47,866 bases of DNA from Emiliania huxleyi CCMP1516 (taxonomy: Eukaryota), in NCBI RefSeq assembly GCF_000372725.1, contig NW_005201259.1, positions 283,015 through 330,880 on the forward strand. Direction: 5' to 3'. Below the pieces are notes generated by a model. It did no database searches. It was not told the origin of the DNA and saw only the letters and a list, made by a program, of their open reading frames with translations. Made by a program: the position numbers and the translations under genes. Shown here one piece after another: positions 39,915 to 47,866 of the stretch. Within the stretch, counting starts at the first letter, position 1. Each line of letters begins with the position of its first letter.

Positions 39915-40210
39915 GGATCAGCTGAGCAAGGTTTGGGGAGAATGCTACAGTAGGATCTTCACATATTTTTTTCGTATGCGAAAATTCTTTCGACGTTAAA
40001 ATTCTTTCGCCACCAAGAGCTGGCTGGGGCTGCAGAAGCAGCGCATCTCAGTCGTTCTTCACACGGCAATCGCAGAGCAGATTGTGAATGAGCTTGCCTG
40101 CGGCGAGGGCGGTCGAGTGCACGGAGCTAAGTGCCTCGCCGCCCTCGCAGGAGTCGCTTAGGCGGCTCCCGTGGTGTACCTGTGTTAGTGGATAGTGCCA
40201 GTGCGCGCCA

Positions 40211-40550
40211 TAAATAAATAAATACAACGGACATCCCAAGCTAGGGCTGGGTCGAGGACAGACACGCCAAAAGAAAGAAAGAAAGAAAGAAAACAGACAC
40301 GCCAAACGAGGGATGGGACGAGGACAGGGTCCCCACCTGCACGAGCAGGATTTTGGAAGAACGATCAGGGGGACAGGTGGGGCTCTCCTGCTCCTGACAA
40401 GGGACACGCCAGAAAGAAAGAAAGAAAGAAAACAGACAGGCCAAACGAGGGATGGGACGAGGACAGGGTCCCCACCTGCACGAGCAGGATTTTGGAAGGA
40501 CGATCAGGGGGACAGGTGGGGCTCTCCTGCTCCTGACAAGGGACACGCCA
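40211..40550. mobile_element. Insertion made of a (TAAA)n head plus two tandem ~139-bp units
   Basis: Units at ~40272-40411 and 40412-40550 are nearly identical. The insert splits the motif GTGCCAGTGCGCGCCA|GTCCCGTGC with CGCCA on both sides. Confidence 0.7.
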
Positions 40551-40654
40551 GTCCCGTGCGAAATATGCTTGTAAAATTCTTTCGCCACTGTGCCAGTCCG
40601 CGCCAGTCTGCGCCCTTGTCGTGCCAGTGTGCTGTGAGAGAGGCTTTGGCTTAA

Positions 40655-42862
40655 GGTGGCGGTCCGGGTTTTGCGAGACGGGTGTCGTCCGGCAAGATGG
40701 CATCACGCTCGCACCTGCCGACCGCCGCCACGGCGGCGAGACGCCTTCTCCGCCACCGCGGCGCCGGCCACAGGCCAGCGCTAGGCAGCTGCCGGCCACA
40801 CTGGGCCGGATTTGCCGGTAACCGTCGCCGCACACTCCTACGTCCACGCCGCTGTGACGTCTGGCGACGAGGCGCCGGCCGCCAAGCTTCATCGCCAACG
40901 TGGTCGCTCGCTGGTCCTCTCGGCTCGGCCACGCGTCGGCCCAGCTCACACGAGCTCCAGACAGCCACCAGTCGCCACGCGCAAAGCGTACGGGTCGCCG
41001 GCTCCCTGTTGTGCTCTCACGCTGGCCGGCGTAAAACTGTGCTGGCAGTTGTCAAGCCGTACCCGTCGCGTTTCGAAAGGGAGCCCTCAATTGACGCGTC
41101 TACACGCACCGTGCCACCGCTCTCCACAACTGCTACCGTGGACATCAAGCTCCTCGACTCGATCTGCGGCTACGACGGCGCTCTAGCTGCTGGCTCTCGC
41201 GGGTGTCTGGCGACCCGCTCAGGCTTGCGAAACGGCCGGCCGCGGCGACGTGTTTCGAGCTCGCTGGCCTTCTCCGCGCGGCTGGGCCCGCCCCTAGTCG
41301 GGACAGACCCGCCCAGTCACTGGGCAGCGCGTGCGCCGTCATCCTGGACGACGGTGTGCCGATGCATCCGGGAGGCTCCGCGGGGCTGCTATAGCAGCCT
41401 CGGGAGGGTCGAAAATCGAAGCCGGAGCGGCGGACCACGGAAGCTCCACGGACGGTGAGGCGGGCTGTGGTTGGCCCCCCCTGACCGGGTGAGGGAGTGG
41501 CGCCCCGGGAGTGCCGCTCCGGCGACGTCTGTGGCCTCCAAGGTACCGTGACCGCGGTGCTCGCTCTCGCGGCCGTCTCACGACCCGCTCGAGACGAAAA
41601 CTGGAGCGGACGGTGCGACGAACCGCGAGTGGGATGATCTTCTCCGCGCGGCTGGGCCCGCCCCTAGTCGGGGCCGACCCGCCCAGTCACTGGGCAGCGC
41701 GTGCGCCGGCGTTCTGGACGACGGTGTGCTGGTGCATCCGGGAGGCTCCGCGGGGCTGCTCTAGCAGCCTCGGGAGGGTCGAAAATCGAAGCCGAAGCGG
41801 CGGACCACGGAAGCTCCACGGACGGTGAGGCGGGCTGTGGTTGGCCCCCCCTGACCGGGTGAGGGAGTGGCGCCCCGGGAGTGCCGCTCCGGCGACGTCT
41901 GTGGCCTCCACGGTACCGTGACCGCGCCGGCCTCGCTCGGGAGGCTCGTCTTTCGGAGCCGTCGGCCTCCGAAACCGTCGCGTTGCTGCGCCTGGACGGC
42001 TTCGATGCTCGCCAAACCCGTCGGCACCGTCCATATACACATGAATTGTGAACGAACGCGCATTTTTCTGATACTTTACTCGCATATGCCGAAATGTTAG
42101 TTTCGATCTAGTCCTCACGGACACAAAACAGAGGCCTCCTAGCACGGAGAAGCGACTAAGAGTCGCCGACGTGCGAGTAAAGTGTCAGAAAAATACGCCC
42201 GGAATCACAATTGATCCCGTCGACAAGGCGCCCCAATCGCGGAGGTCTGGCGCGGGCGTGGAGGCGAGCATCGACGCCTCGACGGTTGCTCTTCAGAGGC
42301 CGAAAACAGGCGCCTGAAAAAGGAGAGAACGCGAGACTGATCACGCGCGCGGAAAAGCCCGAGGGGCGAATCTAAAGTGCCGAGGCGCTTGCTATTCACC
42401 CCAGCTAGGGCCACGGAGGCGCTCGCGGCAGGTCTCCGCGCGCGCGCTGGCCGGTGGCAGCTGATCTCGGGCGGCGGGCGGCGGGAATGGGCTCGGGCGG
42501 CACCTTTTGCCCTCAAAAGTCGTTCGAGAGTACCGGGTCGCGGCGGGAACGCGCCCATCCGCTCGATGGGTGTCAGGAGTCGATCGCCTGCGCCACGAGC
42601 GAGCACGGGAGTCGTCGCGATGGGAGTCGTAGCGGCGTGGCGCTGGGCTTCGAGAGAGCGACGTGGGCGCGGCGGCGCGGGCGGCCGGTGGGGCGCGTGA
42701 GGTCCGCACCTTCGCGACGGGCAGGCTCGATACGGCCGCTGGCCGGGGCGGCCGCTCGACCGGCCGCCGCGGTCGTTCCGGCGGCGGCGTCGGCGTCGGC
42801 GTCGCGAGCGAACTGGCTCGCATTCGACGAGCGACCCTCTTCACAGAACCCGGACTGCCACC
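40655..42862. mobile_element. Non-autonomous TIR DNA transposon with a TTAA TSD and GG...CC termini (Kolobok-like)
   Basis: TTAA at 40651-54 and 42863-66. Left end GGTGGCGGTCCGGGTTTTGCGA; right end reverse complement GGTGGCAGTCCGGGTTCTGTGA. Internal 288-bp direct repeat. No recognisable transposase. Confidence 0.8.
41269..41926. repeat. 288-bp direct repeat, two copies
   Basis: 41269-41556 and 41639-41926, with few substitutions. Confidence 0.9.
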
Positions 42863-42949
42863 TTAAGAATTCTTTCGCCACTTCGCTGGTGGCCCAGGGT
42901 CGCCTGCTCCCTGGCCCGGTGCTACTTGCGTCGCTCCGCCCGCATCCGC

Positions 42950-45417
42950 ATGCGCGACGCGTTCGGCCTCTTCCGCGGGTGGTGCCGCGCCGCTCCCTCG
43001 TGCCTCGAGTACGTGCCCGTAGCTGCTCCCGGCGGCGCGCTGGACACCCGCGCGCTGGCCTGCTCCCGTTGCCGCTGTCAGCCGCAGCAGCACCAGGCCG
43101 TCGACGTCGGGCCGGCCGGGTACGACCCTCACTCGCCGGAGCAAGTGGAGGCTCGTCGGCCGTACGACGAGCGGCTGCAGTCGCCGGAGGAGCGCGCCGC
43201 CACCCGCAAGGCCCGCGGCGACGCCGCCTTTCGCGCGAAAAACTACCGCACGGCGTACGAGCACTACACGGCGGCGCTCGAGGCGACGCCGTCGTCGCAC
43301 ACGCTGCTGGGGAATCGCGCGCAGGCGTACCTCAAGGTGGGCCGGCACGAGCTCGCGCGCGCCGATGCGGAGGCCGCGACCACCCTCGCGCCAAGCTGGC
43401 CAAAGGGCTGGTACCGGCTCGGCTCAGCGCTCCGCGGGCTTGAGCGACCAGCCGAGGCGGTGGCGGCGTTCCGCCGCGCGACCGAGCTGGAGCCGACGTC
43501 CGAGGAGAGCCGGCGCGCGCTCGTGGCGGCCGAGCGCGACGCTGCGGCCGCCGAGGCGCTCGTGGTCGAGCTGGACAAGGCTCGCAAGGCGACGACGCGG
43601 AGACAGGCGTACGACGCAAAGACGGTGGCAGAGTACGACGCCAAGGTCAAGGCCAAGGCGGAGGGGCGCATCCGCGAGACGACCGAGTGGAGTGAGGAGC
43701 TGTCCAAGGAGTGGGAGAAGGAGTACGAGGCGAGCTGGACGCCGCCGCCCGGCGTACAGCTGCTCACCCACACTGGCGGCGGAGGCGGCGAGGGCGGAGG
43801 CGGCGAGGGCGGAGGCGGCGAGGGCGGCGAGGGCGGAGGCGGCGAGGGGGGAGCCGGCGGAGGCGGCGGCGGAGGAGGTGGCGACGGAGAGCTGGTCCTC
43901 GAGGAGAACACCGCGGCGGGCACAGGCGGCGGCGGCGGCGGTGGGGATGGGGGTAGGGGAGGCGGGGGTGGGGACGGCGGCGGGGAGGAGGAGGAGGAGG
44001 AGGAGGAGCTACTGCTAGAGGAGAATGGCGAGGGGAGTGGCGTTGGTGCGGCCGCGGCTGCCAGCGGCGCGGATGGCGGCGGCGGCAGCGGCGCGGCGGC
44101 CGAGGCGGCGGCGGCGGCGGAGGAGGAGGAGGAGGAGGAGGACTCGGAGGACGACAACTACGTCTCCGACTCGAGCGACGACGAGGACAAGCGGCCGCCC
44201 GAGCAGTTCGATCTCTCCTCGAGCACGACCATCATGCTGCCGCCCCGCAACTACACGCTCGTGCACGAGGACGGCAGGTTGCACAAGCGCGACAACTTCA
44301 CGCCAATGTCCTTTGGGATGCAGCGCATTCACAACAACGCGGCTCCCGAGCCGGTGTGGGTGCAGACGCAGAACGCGCGCTGGATGCAGGGCACGACCGA
44401 GGTGGTGGTGATTGCGCACACAGTGCCGCGCGACCAGATGCGAGCGGCGCTGCTCGATGTGCAGCTTGCGCCTCGCCAAGTCCACGTCGCCAGCCGCGCC
44501 ACGGGTCAGGTCTTCTTGCACGGAGAGCTCGAGGAGCGCATCGACCCGCGCACCCTCGAGCCTCCCCACGACACGTCCCAAACACGTCCCCGACACGCCC
44601 CTCTGACACGTCCTGCAGGAGCGCATCGACCCGCGCACCTCGACGTGGCTGACGGACGGCACGCACGTCACAATGACGCTGGTCAAGGCCAACCTCCAGA
44701 TCTACGACGCGGGCAAGAAGGGCACCGCCGCCGACACACACTGGCACCGGCTGCTCACTACTGACCAGTGCGCACTACACGCCGAGACACAGCCGAGACA
44801 CAGCCGAGACACAGCCGAGACACAGCCGAGACACAGCCGAGACACAGCCGAGACACAGCCGAGACCTGCTTACCTCACCGACAAGTGCGCGGCACGTCTC
44901 TTCGCGGCGTATCTCGGCTTTATCTCGCGGCAGACACGTCGAGATCGCGCGGCATGGTGAACGCCCCGACTCATTTCTGAACCACCTCTCCCCCCCTGAT
45001 CCTTCCGGAGGTATGTTGAGCGAGGCATGGTGGACGCGGACTACTCGGAGCTGCCGGCGGAGCACAGACACAAGGCGCGCTTCCCACCCCGCCCCGCCTA
45101 CCACCCCGACCCCCCACCCCGCTTTGCCCCGGACCACCTCCCGGCAGGCGAAGATGAGCGAGCTGGAGCGCAAGGAGAAGAAGCGGCAGGAGGAGCTCGC
45201 CAACGAGTGCGCGCTCTGCGGCAAGGACGTGCGCTTCTTTTGCGACTGCCGCTCGGGGGACAAGGACTACGAGAAGCCGCTGCCAGAGGGCTGGAAGGAC
45301 CCGCGGCTTGGCTTCTGCGACCCCATCTTCGACGGCGTCAACTACGACGCCGGCAAGAGCGCGCAGCTCCAGCCAAAGCCGGCGCCGCAGCCACGGCCGT
45401 ACGCAGGCGGGCGGTGA
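42950..45417 (+). CDS. TPR + CS (p23/NudC-like) domain co-chaperone-like protein, multi-exon
   Basis: Three TPRs (KARGDAAFRAKNY...LGNRAQAYLK...WPKGWYRLGSAL), a Gly/Glu-rich linker, and a CS domain WMQGTTEVVV...FLHGELEERIDPRTSTW...TMTLVKA...HWHRLL. Cys-rich N- and C-terminal segments. Confidence 0.85.
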
Positions 45418-47379
45418 GTCGACCCGCTACTTTCCGTCTATGTACCATTTTGAACAGGGGCTGGCTGCCCCCCGGGGCACCGTAGCAACAAAACGCAGCG
45501 CATCAGGTGTCCTCTTCTCGATACCGACTATGATCTATACACACACTTTTCTTCATATCTGGGGCCTCCGGCGCCAGTGCGAAGTCTAGTCGCCCTAAAC
45601 CACCCCGCCCTCCGGGCATACTCCGAACTCCCACACGACAACACACGCGCGGCCGGCGCCTCTCATGCCCTTCTCCACGCACACCGCGTGAAAACTGCGC
45701 GTACGTCCCCGCGCGCACGCAAACACGCGCAGCGCCATTTCAGAGCTGTGCCATGTGCGTCTGCCCTGTGCTGGCGCCCCATGGCCGTCCCGCGCCGCCC
45801 GCACCAGCTGCGCGCCCCTCGCACTACCAGAGCAAGCCGCATATCCACTCACGCCGCGACGCGCGCGCCGCAGCACACCTCACCAGCACACCTGCGCCTT
45901 TTTGCGCCCTGTGCAGGCTCTGCAGACTGCTTCTGGCATCCCACAAGCGGCTGTACTAGGACGCGCCGCGAGTGCGACGGCACCGCGCAGGCCCAGGCGC
46001 GCACGCACGCCCGCACGCGCGCTCGCTCATCCGCCCAGTCTGCTGTGCACAGCCTGTCAGCCTGCCTGCACACACAGCATACAGCACCATGTGCACGCAT
46101 ACGCTTAGACGCAGCCCGCACCCCACTACAATAGCCTGCCTCACGCCTCACCACGCCGTCTCGCGCACACCGCCAGCAGCCCGATCAGAGAAACTGCAGC
46201 GCGCGCCTCTGCGCGCCTGCAGCTTCTCTGCATTCTGAGACCTTCTCAATCCACCCCGCCGCCGCGCCTCCCCGGGCACACACCGCAGCAGTGAAGATGT
46301 GAGTCGAAGTATGGGATATCGACCGAGCCCGCGCCTGCCGCACACGTCTCCGTTTCTTTTTACTGCCAAAGCATAAAAAGAAAAAACACCACATGGCGAA
46401 AATCGTTTAACAAACAGCGACGACCAGCAGCAACGATTTACAGCAGCGTCCTGCCGAGTGTGTGTAGCACCGACGCAGACGCACCCCAGGCACTACACTA
46501 CGACGGCTAGGCAGACCTCACCAGTCCGATAAGGATCAACTGGAAGGTTGAACCTCGAGCTTAGACAGAACGGGCGCGACAGACTCCAGGGGAGATCGCG
46601 CTCTACTCGGGGCACCAAGGAGGAAAACCGAAACCGTTTGGGTGCCCCACAAAAACCCAAACGCTACAATCTAAAAGTCACACCTCCCCCCCACGTCCCC
46701 CCCCCCCTTGGGGACGTAGCGCACGCCCTTACTCGGAGAGAGTGGGGGGGGAGGGGGGGTGGGGGAATAGGAGGAGCCGTCGAGCTCGGAGTAAGGTCCA
46801 CAGTAGAGAGACAGGCATTTAAGGCGTAACTTCACCCTCGCTCACCTTGAGTATATCTAGGCGCCCTGGTGCAGTCGGTCTTCGGATCAGCGGCCAGCTT
46901 CCCATCTAGGGCAGGGAACCCCCAGCGACGCTAGTGTGGCCTACGGTAGCCTCAGCTTGTACGCGATCCCGGGGCAGGGGGGTGTGGACTCTAGAGCTCC
47001 AAGAAAGGATAGGGAGAGGAAGGGAGATTGGTGTGCCGGTTTTTCGCGTTAGCAATTTTTTTTTATGATCTATACACAAGCGGGGCGATCTAATTTTCTA
47101 AATACTAAAAAATCGACCCGTAAACGGAAAGGGAATGCCGTGTACCCTGGGTGTACCACACAGGCCGCTCAGTGGCACTGAAAAGTGAAACGGTTACCAA
47201 CACCCGGCTAAAACTATAGACTTAGGGTCAGCGGCCCAGGGGTGACGTCGAAGGACGAAGCGAATCCGAATGTCGAGTTTGACGGCCGGTGCCGTTGGCA
47301 TCGGTGGATGGCATGCCGCATGCGGGGTCCTGGTCGCCAACGCCATAAAAAGCCCCGCGCCGGGTCTCGCTCTCAGCCT

Positions 47380-47866
47380 TAGGGGACCCCTAGGCTTAAA
47401 AGGGTGGGCCCTGGGGCGCCTGCGGCTTAAATGGCTTAAAACCGGCCCGGGCCGGTTTTAAGAGCTGCTGGGCCGCCGATTCCTTAAACGGTCTTAAACG
47501 CTTAAACGGTGCGGGAGAGCTCCCGAGGTCGATGGTCCGGGAGGCTCCCGGAGGCTCCCGGTAGACGCCGGAGGCCGGGAAGCTGGCTACAGTCAGCTAG
47601 CACGCGTCCCCTATGCGAGTATGGCTCCTGTCAGTGCACCAGACTTACAGATGTGTCTTCAGAGGCGGATTTGTGCCTAATAACGGCAGTATTGGAGAAA
47701 ACGGCGCGGAAAACCCAGCAGAGCCGAGACGCATGCCGGTGAGGGCGTGTGACTGTGAGGCCGATTTTCTTAAACGGTCTTAAAAGAGGGACCCCCGTGC
47801 CTGCAATCTCTTAAATGGCAATTTAAGCCCCCAAACCTCCTTATTTCTTAAAAAGCTCTTAAAAAA
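47380..47866. repeat. CTTAA-rich repeat tract containing a perfect 28-bp palindrome
   Basis: About 11 CTTAA(A) occurrences. CTTAAACGGTCTTAAA occurs at ~47483 and ~47769. Palindrome at 47435-47462. Confidence 0.6.

Larger units (their letters stand above)
37766..39949 (-). mobile_element. Putative deleted retroelement remnant (boundaries approximate)
   Basis: Short Cys-rich basic ORF 38466..38861 (CKFSASCRYAPC, RGG-rich). It ends on the minus strand in (TAAA)n at ~37760, shares ~60 bp with the insert at 40211-40550 and hosts a nested MITE. Confidence 0.35.

Noticed and set aside
40390..40420. CTGACAA...GAAA as a hammerhead ribozyme core
   Set aside because: The core needs CUGAnGA. G8 is missing and stems II and III do not form convincingly.
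40682..42145. ORFs inside the TTAA element as a transposase
   Set aside because: No DDE or zinc-finger motifs. The ORFs largely translate the internal duplication.
44781..44863. Regular short repeats as a CRISPR array
   Set aside because: Head-to-tail 11-mers without spacers inside a eukaryotic intron, and no cas genes.

Overview
A GC-rich eukaryotic nuclear region. GC-AG and GA-AG introns, ~10-bp intronic tandem repeats and GCG/GGC runs suggest a haptophyte such as Emiliania/Gephyrocapsa huxleyi (inference). About 12 protein genes are supported: an ankyrin/IkBL-like protein, a secretory DnaJ with 2 PDZ domains, a GT8 glycosyltransferase, a small type II membrane protein, a RecQ helicase, an EF-hand/IQ protein, a nucleotide-sugar transporter, an SbcD-SbcC (Mre11-Rad50) fusion, a Zn/DUF5710/ankyrin mosaic protein, an atypical SDR, a hypothetical protein and a TPR+CS co-chaperone. 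There is also a tRNA-Leu(CAG). Several non-autonomous mobile elements can be delimited: a split-direct-repeat element with tyrosine-recombinase retroelement architecture, a TTAA-flanked TIR element, a MITE with an 8/9-bp TSD, a fold-back element and a 139-bp tandem insert. Two patterns stand out. First, a recurrent gene-upstream motif (GTGCCAGTs-CGCGCCAGTCC) is split by three structurally different insertions. Second, many introns have duplicated AG|G junctions, including an AT-rich hairpin intron inside the RecQ DEAH motif. Exon boundaries were read by eye, and CDS coordinates span start to stop including introns. Parts of the window look like low-quality assembly.
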